This document shows, one piece after another, positions 23,496 to 36,072 of a stretch of DNA of 64,000 nucleotides. The stretch is from Carcharhinus amblyrhynchos (Eukaryota), in contig OZ336873.1 of NCBI GenBank assembly GCA_965287045.1, positions 35,340,001-35,404,000 of the forward strand, read 5' to 3'. Numbering within the stretch: the first letter of the stretch is position 1; every line of letters starts with the position of its first letter. A model generated the notes under the pieces. That model searched no databases. It saw nothing but the letters and a program-made list of their open reading frames with translations, and had not been told where the DNA came from. The position numbers were made by a program, and so were the translations under genes.

Positions 23496-25559
23496 GAGGG
23501 ATTTTCACATGTTAAAGCTTTCTCTGTCAGGCAAGATATTGTTAGTTATGAATTTCAGTTATTCACAAATCAAACTGAACTGGACAGAGACAGATTTCAG
23601 AAATACCCAATATTGTGACTGCAGCATTGGCTGGGGACAAATCACTGCAACGTTAGCTATCATGCGCCATTGTGTTCTTTATGTCGAAATTTATATTTAT
23701 ATCATTAAATTTATACCAAGGTGAACATGTTAAAGCTGAAAAGTTAATTGTTTTGGCAATATAGCATTCTAATGTATTGGGAGATTAAAGGTGTACCACA
23801 CTCGTTTGTCCATTTTTACAGATTTCCTTGTTATTGAATATATTTCCCCTGTTTTTTACACCCATATGTTTAGTTTATTATTTTTAACACTGTTTTTTAC
23901 CTCCAGGAAAACAAAGTGATCCAGTATGAAAACATTTAAAGACAACCGATTCCAAATAACACAAATTAGGAACAAAATACAGAGAGACAAGGCAAACAGA
24001 GAACCTGCGTTCTGGATACAATAGAGTAATGAAGTGATTATAAAAGGACTTTATTTTTATATGTGTGCACTATGATGCTGCAAGATGCAGAATTTATTAT
24101 ACAATTGTTTCATGTGATTCTTCAAATAAATTTGCACTTCAACACCACAGAAACACGTACAAGACAAAGCTTGCTGATTTGATACTTAGGAAAATATTGC
24201 TTTGTGGGAAAAGGTTCTAATTTATAAGTTTAAACAATTCAGAGATAATGGAGCTAGTCAATACATTTTTCTATTTGCATGTGCTAAATTATTTAGTTGG
24301 GCAGCAAGAATGAGAGAAAAAAAATGAAACACACTCTGGAACGGAACAAAAGAGGCAATGCTGTGGCGGGGAGACAGAGAGTTACTGTTTAATTCTGGAA
24401 ATGCTGATGGGGATACTCTCCCCTTTCCAACAATTTAATCTGTCGTATTGCTTCAACTAGAGACAATATTTCAAACTAACACTTCCAATTAGATTTGATT
24501 TCCAATTTGCAAGAATTCTTTTTTTGTTTCAAACCATCCAATGGTACTCTAATTTTAAAACAGACTTGAAAATAGCTTTAAAAAGTACATAAATCTGAAA
24601 ATTCTGCACGTTGCAGAGGCCAATCGAAATATGCCATGAGAAAGTTATAAATTGTCTTGGGGAATGTGATAAAAATATTATTTCACAGTTACTCATTGAT
24701 TATTCTATTTAAACCAATTCTGTTTATTTTTAAAATAATTTTAAAAGATATTAAAAACATGCTTCTGTATTGAGTTTTCAAATATGTGCTGTTTCAATAT
24801 AATCCATGTAAAATACGACAGCCTTCATATATCTCTGAGGTCGATTGTTCCCAATGTAAAACTCAAGCTTAAACACAATGGGCCATAATTTGCTGTGGGA
24901 GTGAATCTAATGGGATCTGGTTTAGGTTTTACGCAGATCAAGCAAGTATGTATCTCCTTAATCAACGTGGTTGAAAGATTGTGAAATTAACATTGCATAG
25001 GCTGAGAAAGAAGTATAAGAAAGGCTGAATTCAATATCAGATCAGATCCGAAAAGAGAAATAAATAAGGAAATACTGACTGGATTGAGAGCTAGAGAGAG
25101 GGAGAGAGAAAAATGAGACTGCTTTTAACATTTAAATATACAACAATAATTACATCTGTTAAGGGATGAGATTCCACGCTTAGGATAGTTTCAGTGCCAA
25201 TGAAGCCTCTTGGCTGTAAGTCACACTTATCACATTGCTAAAATGGAAATAAGATTGAAATGGCCAAGGCCTATCATTCTGTGGTGAGTTTTCTTTAAAC
25301 ATAGCAACGTCATAGCAATCAATGTATTTCAATAATGAGCCATTGATGCATGACTGAACAATTATTTAAATAACAACAGAATTTTCCAAATTTATTGGCA
25401 ACTGTACTGTACTCTTTTACAACTCTAAGAAATCATGATATATCATTTTAAAATCATATCAATTTGGTTTTGACCCATTTTTCTGATAACCAGTATTTGA
25501 CAAAAGTTGACTCCTAACAAAAGAAAGCGAAGTTGATTGAAGTCCAAATGCCTACTGTC

Positions 25560-26205
25560 CTTTGATCATCTGCCTGGTTGCATCTCCACAACACTGCCTA
25601 ACTTTGCCCCGCGTCAGCTCACACGCTGCCAAAGCTGTTATCCACGCCTTTACTACTTTTAGATCTGATTGTTCCAATGCATGCACAGCCAGCCTCTCTA
25701 ATTCTATCCTTCCTAAACTTGAAATCATCCAAAATTCTGTTGCCTTAGTCCTTACTTGCACCAAGTACCATTCACCCATTGCCTCTGTGATTGTTGATCG
25801 ACATAAGCTCCTGGTTAAGAAATGCCTTGATTTTAAAATTCTCATCCTGGTTTCAAAATCCCTCCCTCGCCATGCCTCGCACTCTCTCTCCAATCTCCTC
25901 CAGCCCCAAAAGGATTTCAGTGCCCATCCAAATCTGCCCTCTTGGGCCTCCCCGATTTGTGCACCATTGGTTGTCGTACTACCAGCCATCTCAGCTCTAA
26001 CCTCTGAAATTCCCTCACCTAAACCTCACACTCTCTCTTTCCTCCTTTAAGATGCTTCTCCAAACCTATCTTTCTGACCAAGTTTTAGCCATCTTGCCAA
26101 TATTGTCTTATGTCAATGTCAAACTTTGCTTTATGACTCTCCAGTAAAGTCCTCTGGAACACTTGATTACTCTGAGGCTGCTACCTAAATAAAATTTGTT
26201 ATTGA
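25560..26205 (+). mobile_element. L2-clade LINE 3' end
   Basis: ORF 25562..26050: IHAFTTFRSDCSNA..KLEIIQNSVALVLT..DFKILILVSKSL. L2 tail GCTACCTAAATAAAATTTGTTATTG. Confidence 0.85.
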
Positions 26206-26656
26206 TTGTCTAAGGACTGGGTTTGAATGCTGGAAGTTGCAGTCCACGCATTTTCAATTCTCAACACACAAACCATTCTTCAGCACAATATAAAAGTTAA
26301 CTGGTAAATGCTGTAGCCAAGCTTTGATGCAAATTATTTCTATTCTTGAAAAGTAAACTTTTCACCTGAGATAAATAAAGTGTCATACAGTGTGGAAGCT
26401 GTTGTCATGCAAACAGAACAATATTTTTGTATCTTTTGGATAGACTGAGGTGCTTTGTATACATGTTGGAGAGTTCCATTGCAACATAAAAACTATATTC
26501 AACTTGACAGCAAGGTTTGCATTGTAAATACTTTGAATAGCTTGAGCATAATGCTGCAATAAACAAGGCACTTGGCTCCTGCAGCAATATCCCTTCCCCC
26601 AAAATGGGAATATACGTTTATTTAACATTTTTTCAAGATAAATTGAAGCTATAAGA

Positions 26657-26745
26657 TGTCAGCCGTGGCTTAGTGGTCGAAGTCTTGCCTCTGGGTCAGA
26701 AGGTTGTGGGTTCAAACTCCACTCCAGAGATTTGAGCATATAATT
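26657..26745 (+). mobile_element. tRNA-derived head of a Deu-domain (SacSINE1-like) SINE
   Basis: TGTCAGCCGTGGCTTAGTGG...GAAGGTTGTGGGTTCAAACTCCACTCCAGAGA. Confidence 0.7.
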
Positions 26746-27054
26746 ACTGAAGGAATAATTGGAGTAATTTTTCATTGGATGTACACAAATTTAAATGATG
26801 TCCACATGGACTAGTTTGAGCACAAGGCCTTTTAACAATAAATTTAGGGGAAAAAAGCAGAATTGGATAAATCTTAAATATAGTAGAAATGGCAAAAATG
26901 ACAAATGTGATGGGTTCCATGAATGCTTTCAATCACTAAGTCACAAAGGGGCAAATACTCTTCTTCAATATTATATTGTTGCGTGCATTTTTTATGGGTT
27001 GGGGTGCACAATTACAAGGTATGTTCTTATAATTCAATCACTCAGGGAGATGTA

Positions 27055-27900
27055 ACAACAACTTGCATTTAAAAAGTGCCTTTATTGTGCAAAAAAACCC
27101 CAAGGCACTTCACTGAGGCATAATGACCACTGATTAGAAAAGATGATATTATGAGAAGCATTCAAAAGCTCCTTAGGAGATGGATTTTTATGGGAGGGGG
27201 GATCAAAAAGGTGGTGAGGAGGTTGGAGAGACAGAAAGATTTAAGGTAGAAATTGTATATCATGGGTCATATGAGACTCAAGGCTTGCCTCCCATTGTGC
27301 AAGTAAAATGGCAAGGCAGGGCTTACATGATCAACCAGAGTCAGAGAGTCTAAGGAATGGAGTACAGAGCTCGAAGGGGTTACAGGTAGGAAAGTGTGAT
27401 GGCATTCTAGGATTTAAACTGGAGGACAGAATTTTAAATGAGGCATTGGCAGGGCGGGATAGCCAATACTAGTCAATAAGAAGAGGTGATGGGTGAATAG
27501 GATTAGATGCAAGACAGGATATGAACAGCAGAGTTTTGAAGTGAAAAAGTGCACGGTGGGCATCTGATCAGGGGAGCATTGGAAATGTTGAGTGTGGAAA
27601 AAAGCACAGATAAGATTTCAGCAGCAGATGAACTGAAACTGAGGCAGAGATGGGTGATGTAACACATTGGTAACCAACCATCTTTGTGATAAGAGAGGAA
27701 ATGGGGGAGGAAGTTAAGCTTAGAGCTTAATACCCTGGTTGCAAATAGTTAAACAGAGTCAAAGACGGAGACAGAATCAATGGCAAAGTGATGGAATTCG
27801 TGACCAGAGCCAAAGGCTTTGGTATTGGTTTCATTTTGTGTTTGTCTAACTGAAATAAACTGTCACAGCCATGACTCAATAGCAGACGAGCAGTTTGACA
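27055..27900 (-). mobile_element. L2-clade LINE 3' end, decayed
   Basis: Reverse tail ACAACAACTTGCATTTAAAAAGTGCCTTT and homology to 22765-23495. Confidence 0.7.
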
Positions 27901-28294
27901 ATGCAAGCGGCAAAAGATAAAAAGGGTCTTTGTAGAGCCTCTTCTCAGGAGATCCAACGGTTGGAGATTGCGTCTGAGATTATAAGCCTTTTAGGGTAAA
28001 GTACCTCTTCTTGTTCCAAGTTTCTGATGTCTATGTTGTTAAGAAAAGGAAACATGTTAACTCCGGAGTTAAACGTTTTCCCCATAAAGTACTGAATATG
28101 ACTTACCTTGCACAATTCTGAAAATACATATATCAGTATTACATTTGTATTACTAATTAGAAATAGAAATAAGAAAAACTATAACCTTGTCCCAGTTTTT
28201 AAATGAATGCAAGAAGAGTATGCCACACCACAACTATTCATGAGTCAGAAATTAGAATTAAATAGAATCTAGACTGTTATCAAGTCTCATTTCT

Positions 28295-29378
28295 TGTCAT
28301 GAAAGGGATAGAAAGCTGGTTAGCAGATAGGAAGCAAAGAATTGGATTTTTTCCAATTAGCAGGCAGTGACTAGTGGTCTACCGCAGGGCTCTGTGCCAG
28401 GACTCCAATTGATCACATTATATATTCAAGATTTGGATGAAGGAACTAAATGTATTTTCTCCAGATTTGCAAATGATACAAAGTTAGGTTGAAAGGTGAG
28501 CTGTGAGGAGGATGTAGAGATGTTTCAATGTGGTTTGGACGGGTTGAGTGTGTGGGCATATGCATGGCAGATGCAATGCAAGGTGAATAAATGTGAGGTT
28601 ATCCACTTTGATAGCAAAAATAGGAGGTACATTATTATTTGAATGGGTATAAATTGAGAGAGATGGATACTCAGCAAGACCTTGGTATCCTCGTGCACCA
28701 GTCACTGAAAGTAAGTGCGCAGATACAGTAGGCAGTAAAGAAGGCAAATAGTGTGTCATGGTGAGAGGATTTGAGTATAGAAGTAGGGATGTTTTAGTTC
28801 AATTGTATAGGGTGTTATTGAGGCCACACCTGGAGTATTGCGCGCAGTTTTGGTGTATTTACCTGAAGAAAGATGTTCTTGCAAAGGCCTACCACACTGA
28901 TTCCTGGGATAACTGGACTATTGTATGAGAAGAGGTTAAATTGGTTAGGATTATATTCATTGGAGTTTAGAACAGTGAGAAGGGATCACATAAAGCTTAT
29001 AAAATCTTAACAGGATTAGATAGGGTAGATTCAGAAAAAATATTCCTGATGCCGGAGGAGTCCAGAATTAGGGGCCACAGTCTCAGGATAAGGGGTAAAC
29101 CTTTTAGGACTGAGGTGAGGAGAAATTCCTTCATCCAGAGTGTAGAATTCAGTCCTACAGAATGTAGATGAGGGCAAAATGTTGTGTGATTTCAAGAAGG
29201 AAATAGCTTTTGGGGCTAAAGGGATCAAGGGACGTGGGGTGGTAGTGGAGGGGGGTGGGGAGGGGAGATGGGATCAGGATATTGAATTTGATCAGCCACG
29301 ATCAAAGTGAATGGCGCAGCAGGCTTGTAGGGCCGAATGGCCTCTTTCTGCTTTGATTCTCAAGTATGTTTCTATGTA
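28295..29378 (+). mobile_element. CR1/HER1-like LINE RT to 3' end
   Basis: SGLPQGSVPGLQL, FANDTKLG and [13 protein letters not shown] remnants. Tail GGGCCGAATGGCCTCTTTCTGC...TATGTTTCTATG. Confidence 0.9.
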
Positions 29379-30636
29379 TTAAAAGCTGAATTTGTTCATA
29401 AATGAAGCAAGCAACATTTTTTAAATCAGGCAGCTAGGACCAGAGGAACAAGTAACTTGATTTGTCTAATCCAATGCACTAATCCTTATTTCGCATTCAA
29501 TATTTTTCTCCTGTGAGTCCCCATCACCCCATCCAGCAATCACTTCAGTACAGCACACAGAGAGGAGACAAGCTAAGCCCTTTCAAGAGGGAATAAGGTG
29601 ACTCTTCTTCCACTCCATCACTTGATCCAATGTACATTTTACATCAGGAACTTGTAGAGTGTAAAATATCAATGAGAGATCACTTTGCTCCAGTGTGCTG
29701 TTGGCTGTACAATATCAATCCACCCAGCTACTTTCCGACTCAGAAATAAAGTGATAATGTGCATGAATTATTTAAAAAGTGCACCTAATGGTTTGAAATA
29801 TGCAACAATCTTTATTGGACATCTTTTCGCTGAAGACACTCGGCGTTGTCCAGTGATCTGTATCTGCTGCAACACTTGTCTTATTAATGTTGCTTTTTAA
29901 ACAGCTGTGTTCTTTTACTGTAAATTTATGAAAATTTCAGGCCTAATCCCCCGAGTCCTGTTGCACAGGGAACATTCAACAACCTTAGCTCTATAAGCAC
30001 TAGACTTATTGAGCCACTGATTGTCCCCAAAATGATAGTCTAATGACTGCAGGCAAGGACATATCGAGTATTAGCCACATGTAGTGGCAAACAAATCCAC
30101 AAGAGAAGGCAGCAGCTTGTACTTAAATGGATTCCCTTGTAAATGGTGAATGTTTTCACCGTGTATAATCACACCCAATTTTCAAAAACTCAAATTTTTT
30201 TATTTATGGGAACATCTATGCTACAGTGTGGTTCTTTCTTTAAGTTGGAGTAATTTACTTCAAACTAGCACATTTAATGGTGAACAGATCTTTGAGAATA
30301 TACCAGAGGGATGTGGCTCAGCCACATGTAACTCAATATATGTCAACAGCTGTAAAAATATTGGTTGGGGTAGGCAGAAAAAAATCCATACGCACAGATC
30401 ATGTGCCCTGCTTACTAGTTATAAGTGCTTTCAGATTTCCCCCTTGCAAACAGTAATTGGGTAATTCTGGCATGAGCAGTCATAAAACCAGAGGTTTTCT
30501 TTGAGGTTGGATGATCAAAAAGGCTGTAAATGAAAATGATCTTAATGTCTGAGGCCTACTGAGTGACCATGGCTCTGTCTGTAGCATAAGGGTTTGTTCT
30601 AATCTTTCCAACTGCAATGTTTCAGCAGCCCATATT

Positions 30637-30661
30637 CCTGGGGAGTTCACAGCTCCCCAGG
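30637..30661. promoter_or_regulatory. Inverted pair of EBF-like sites (CCTGGGGAG-N7-CTCCCCAGG) in a repeat-free block
   Basis: Perfect 9-bp inverted repeat. Each arm is a one-mismatch match to the EBF consensus TCCCNNGGGA. Confidence 0.3.
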
Positions 30662-32519
30662 GTGAACATACAGTAAATTCTAGCTAATCCCCTCTGCATA
30701 CAAATGAGCCCCTGGTACTTGAAAACTGCAGGACCAGACGGCTTGAATACACTGCTGGTTTTCTGGTCATATGCTTTAGCAAGCAAACAGAAAAACAAAT
30801 GACAAACAAATATTATGTGACACATAATATATACTTGACATTGCCAAACACAATTTCAGATAAAGTTTACAAAGCTGCCGGTAATGCTGAAGCTAAAACG
30901 CCCGCGGATTAGTCTCCAGATGACTTGCATCCACTGTAATCATTGTGGCTGAGTTGGGAATTCAGACTCACCACAGTCTGGAGTCCAGTCCGGGCTATAG
31001 TCCTTTCCCTTTCTCAGCTAGACGCATGCTTCCTTGTGAAATCAAAAGGCTTACTGTCACTCTTCCGATGGTGCAGCCTTCCTGCTATGATATGTATGGA
31101 GGTGATGAGGAATCAGAATGCTGCTCTGGCACCACCATGGAGCCCTGAGGTTTTGCCCAATTTAGCTAGGGACCTTATAAAAGTGGAGCTTGTCTGCTTT
31201 CATGCATGCTAAAATCCCTCAGTTGTATTGCAGTGTGCTAACTGTGTATAAAAAGAACAATGGCTTCATGAAAATCATTGCTCATACTGTTTCACAGAAA
31301 TCCCTAATGCACTGCCTGATGGTTAGTTTGATTTTCCTTAAATATAATTCACAGCCTTGTATTGTATCATTGTATAGGGCTTCCTTTATCCCTTCAATAC
31401 ATCTGATATTGATAAGAAAATACATATTTTGAATTAAAACATTAAAAACCATATCTAAAAACAAATAAATGTTTAAATTTATATAATAATTTATCACCAT
31501 GTACATTGTTAACTAGTCATTACAGAAGGACTTTTTTTTAGATTTCAATGAAGGAATTCTCCTTAGATTAGAATTGACCCTATTGTCTACAAGTCGTGAA
31601 ATGAACACGAGGTAAGGGCAGACTAATCATAGACAAATTCAACAGCGCTGTTCATTAGGCTATTCAATTATCAGAAGCATTGTTTAATTTTGAAGAAAAC
31701 ACAATGGAATTAATGGAAACGTTCAAACATTAAAGGAAACATGCAATGCTACATTAAGAAAACCACAGGTCACTTGCTTGTCTTGTACTGTTGACGCTGT
31801 AGAGACTGCACTACACTTCATCACAAAGAAAAAAACATATCAATCCTAAAAACCCTCTACACCTTATACAGTGTTTTAAAAAGTACATGGGGGAAAAATG
31901 AAAAATTAAATGACATTTGAACAGTGAACACAAATTTGACAATAAAATACAGTTTCTCATGCTGAAAGTGAACTTAATATTTCTTAACTAAAAAAAACTT
32001 AGATTACTTTGATTGGCAAATAAGTATTTAAGATATTGAAAGCTTATCCAAATGAACTTGTGTCAGAATAGGTGGTGCACATATCTTTTTATGGGACAGG
32101 AGCTGGAAAATAAATCATTTAACCCAATTTCCCTTCCCCATGGGGGGAAAAAAAGATAATTTCACTGTCCAATGATGTGACAATTCACTACAGTGAAATA
32201 AAAAATGACAAATCACATTGGCCCTGTGGCCCAGCAGGTTAGAACATTAGCACACTACACTGTGCCATGGAGTAATAGGACTAGAGTTTGTGATTCAGAA
32301 ACCTCGTGTGGCACATCCAATGACAAGGCCACAGAATTGTATGGGGGTAAGAAGCATTGCACTTCCCCAAAAGAAGTGGGTGATTGAAAAATGGGTGTTA
32401 ATGTCACCACTGGCACTACACTTCATTCCAAAGAAAAAAAATCACTCTTGGTTGCAGTTGCAAAACATTGATTGAGTTACATTCCATCCACTTGCATGGA
32501 AAAAAGAGACTGGCACCCC

Positions 32520-32786
32520 AGACATACACTTTTCCACCTTCTTCCATTGGGAAAAAGATACAAAAGTCTGAGGTCACGTACCAACCGACTCAAGAACCGC
32601 TTCTTCCCTGCTGCCATCAGACCTTTGAATGGAACTACCTCGCACTAAGTTCATCTATCTCTATACCCAGCTATGACTATAACACTACATTCTTCACTTT
32701 CTCCCTTCCTTCTCTGTGAATGGTATGCACAAGAAACAATACTTTTCACTGTGTACTAATACACGTGACAACAATGAATCAAATCT
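32520..32786 (+). mobile_element. Rex1/Babar LINE 3' end
   Basis: LLPLGKRYKSLRSRTNRLKNRFFPAAIR remnant. The tail matches 9345-9600. Confidence 0.85.
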
Positions 32787-32867
32787 AGAAGCACTTTACA
32801 CAGGATCTTCCTCAGACTAAGTCAAAACTAAATCATGTCAGACCACTGTTCTTGAATTATATGTTGT

Positions 32868-34175
32868 ATAGGAATACAGCACAGAAACAGGCCATTTGGC
32901 CATATCAGTCCATGGTTCTGTTTATGCCCCACTTGTGCTTTCTCCATAAATTTCCTCATCTAAATCTACCATCGTAACCCTTCCCTATCTGTTGCATGAC
33001 TAGCTTTCCCTTGTATGCATCTATATTATTAAACCACTCTCTGAGATAGAAGTTCCACATTCTCACCATTATTTGGACGAACAAGTATCTGCTGAATTCC
33101 CTGCTAGATTTCTTGGGGACTATATTGATAGCCTTTAGTTATCCTCTTCCTCACACCAGGAAATATTCCCTCACTGTATCCATTCTTATCAAAATCTATT
33201 GGATCAAAACCCAACCTTTTTTCAAGGGAAAAGAGACCTAGCCTGTCAATCCTTACCTGATATACATTGTTACACATTTCTGCTATCATTGGGCGGCATG
33301 GTGGCAAGCACTGCTGCCTCAAGCGCCAGGGACCTGGGTTCAATTCCCAGCTTGGGTCACTGCGTGTGTGGAATTTGCACATTCTTCCCACGTCTGTGTG
33401 GGTTTCCTCCGGGTGTTTCAGTTTCCTCCCACAGTCCAAACATGTCCTGGTTAGGTGGATTGGCCATGCTAAATTGCCCTTTAGTGTCAGGGGGACTAGC
33501 TAGGGTAAATGCATAGGGGGTTATGCGGATAGGGCCTGGTTGGGATTGTGGTTGACGTAGACCCGTTAGGCCAAACGGCCTCCTTCTGCACTGTAGAATT
33601 CTATGATCTCTGTAAATATTTTCTTCACCCTCTATATCATTTTTATAATACGGGTTACGACCAGGTGTGGTCAAGCAAGGTTTGATACAGGTTTAGCATA
33701 ACTTCTTCACTTTTCAATTTTATCCTTCCAGAAATAAAGCCTAAGTACTTGGTTTGCTTTTATGTCCTTGTTAACCTGTGGCACAGCTTTTAGTAATTGG
33801 TGTATTTCTTCTCCGAGGCCCCTTTGTTGCTCCATCCCACCTAGGCTTGCACCTTCTAATAAGTAACCTTATTCTCCCTACCAAAGTTTGCTATCCACAT
33901 TTGTTTGTGTTGAACTTTGTTTGCCAATTATTTGCCCATTATATAAGTTTATTAATGTCCTCCTGTAATTTATTGCAATTCTCCTCAACTTTGACTATCC
34001 CACTCACAGTCACCCCTCCATTTTGGAATCACTTGAAAATATAGAAATTGTGTTCTTGATCCCGAAGTACAAATCATTAATGTAAATTGTGAACAGGAGT
34101 GGTCTGATCCTTGTGGAACACTGTTTCCTACTGTTTGCCATTCTGAATAACTACCTTTTCTCCCATTCTCTGCCT
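32868..34175 (-). mobile_element. CR1-like LINE, decayed, interrupted by HE1
   Basis: WQTVGNSVPQGS and RLGLFSLEKR peptides. Reverse tail ATAGGAATACAGCACAGAAACAGGCCATTTGGCC. Confidence 0.8.
33291..33607 (+). mobile_element. Full-length HE1 SINE with CR1-type tail
   Basis: GGGCGGCATGGTGGCAAGCACTGCTGCCTC...GGCCTCCTTCTGCACTGTAGAATTCTATGA. Confidence 0.9.
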
Positions 34176-34920
34176 TATTAATTACTTCAAAAATAACCAT
34201 AAATCTGAGGTACACACACAAAAATCTGAAATTTTACAAATCTGAGTGGTTCTCTCTACCAAGTATCAATTGTCACAGGCAGTCCTTTCTTTACTATGAT
34301 TGTAAAAATATGCCAGGGGTAAAGGTCATACATGTAACCAAATCAATCATTAGACTTCTGTCTTTTGATTGGCTTAACATTTTTTCACACCAATCAAAAC
34401 GAATTTTAAAAGGAAACTATTCACCCTGCAACATATCAGCAAGATGAAGAAACAAGTAAAACGTATTCATTTCTTTTCCAAGATAGCAATGGATAATAGA
34501 AGAATTAATTGGAATAGATATGGCAAATGAAAAGATGCCATGAGAATGTGATAGCTAGCTTTTTAAAATATTACTGTAAGAATTCCTTTTTGAGTTTTGA
34601 AAAGCTAAATTTACATTTTTAGAATACACAATCAATGAAAACAAATGAATTGAGGATAGAAGGGAAATAGGAAAAATACATGTATTTATATCATTATTTA
34701 TCATCTCATCAGAATATTCCAAATCATATCTCAACCAATTAATTATTTTGTAATCCATGTATTAAATCTTCTGCCTTTCTAACCATCTCTTCTCCTTTAA
34801 GACTCTCAGTATCTTATTTGGTTCAATATCCATTATATATGATCAGTGCTTTGAGACATTGAAGTTGCTATATATGTGCAAGCTATTACGCAAGTAGGCA
34901 TTGCCACTAATTTGGCCAAA

Positions 34921-36072
34921 AGGCTTCAGAAGCAGCAAATGACATGAACAACTGGTCAAGGGAGTGAGGAGGGAACCCTTAGGCTTAAATAAGGTATGCC
35001 CAGGTTTAGGTCTGTTGAATTTTGGTCCCAGACAGGGACTAATGTGTGTACACCACAGTAGTGGTTTTACGTTGCTTCTGTAATAAACAACACTCCTTTC
35101 CAGTAAGGCTTCCCAAGTCATTACAGATTTCAAATTGGGGGTGAGACTGAATGGGAGAAAAAAGAATAGGGAAAAGGCACATTATGGAAAGCATTAGGCT
35201 TCAGAAGCAGCAAATGACATGAACAACTGGTTAAACTGTTTTTCATGGTCTTAGTTAACGGCAGAATCTTGACGAGGACATTGAAGAACCTCTTCAAATT
35301 GTATTCCAAGATATTTTTACATCTTGCCTTTAAGCTTGCAGGGTACCAAGGCTAGATTGGTTACATACACTGGGGAGCCCTTATGTATCGTTGGGACCAT
35401 TGTAACTGCTGTTATGCGTGGGCAACAAACAGTCCAATTCTCCCAAATAGTAGTGTAAGGACCAGTGCCCAGCCTTGTGGGAAGGGACTGGCTACAGAAA
35501 ATCAGCTTGGATTAGCAAAAGATCTTTAAAATGGGCACAGGCAACTTCTTCCACAGATGCAGCACTGTCAGCGTCCTTCAAACTGGCCTGTGGATGGGAA
35601 ACTCCGCCCACTAAAAGCTCAAGAGCCAATCTTGGACAATGAAGATGTTGGCTTTGACATGCAGGCAGAGGCAGTGGACACCCAGTCAAAGGTCACCACT
35701 GAGGAGGAGCCCGCTATAGTGGCTCTGTGATGCTCCTGGCGGAAGAGGTGTTCACATATCCTTTACATGCCCCCCAACCAGTCCCTACAAGTGACAGAGA
35801 TGAGGCCACAGGCAAAGAAATGGAGAAGGCCCCATCGTCAAGGGAGTGAGGAGGGAACCCTTAGCCTTAAATAAGGTATGCCCAGGTCTAGGCCTGTTGA
35901 ATTTTGGTCCCAGACAGGGACTAATGTGTGTACACCACGGTAGTGGTTTTACTTTGCTTCTGTAATAAACAACGTTCCTTCCCAGTGAGGCTTCCCAAGT
36001 CATGACAGATTTCAAATTGAGGGTGAGACCTCATGGGAGAAAAAATAGGGAAAAGGCACATTATGGAAAGCA
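34921..36072 (+). repeat. Local direct duplication: 34955-35193 matches 35837-36072; the first copy is flanked by a perfect 36-bp direct repeat (34921-34956 / 35196-35231)
   Basis: Directly visible. ORFs 34843..35133 and 35785..36015 are near-identical. Confidence 0.93.

Noticed and set aside
25552-26050. 145-aa and 162-aa overlapping ORFs as a host gene
   Set aside because: These are the L2 ORF2 C-terminal remnant and its antisense shadow.
26657-26745. tRNA gene candidates (also at 10588, 33291, 47030, 52270)
   Set aside because: The A/B-box-like heads continue into SINE bodies and do not close an acceptor stem. They are SINE heads, not tRNA genes.
34921-35231. 36-bp direct repeats as a CRISPR-like array
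   Set aside because: Only two repeats, a ~240-bp intervening segment, eukaryotic intronic context and no cas genes.
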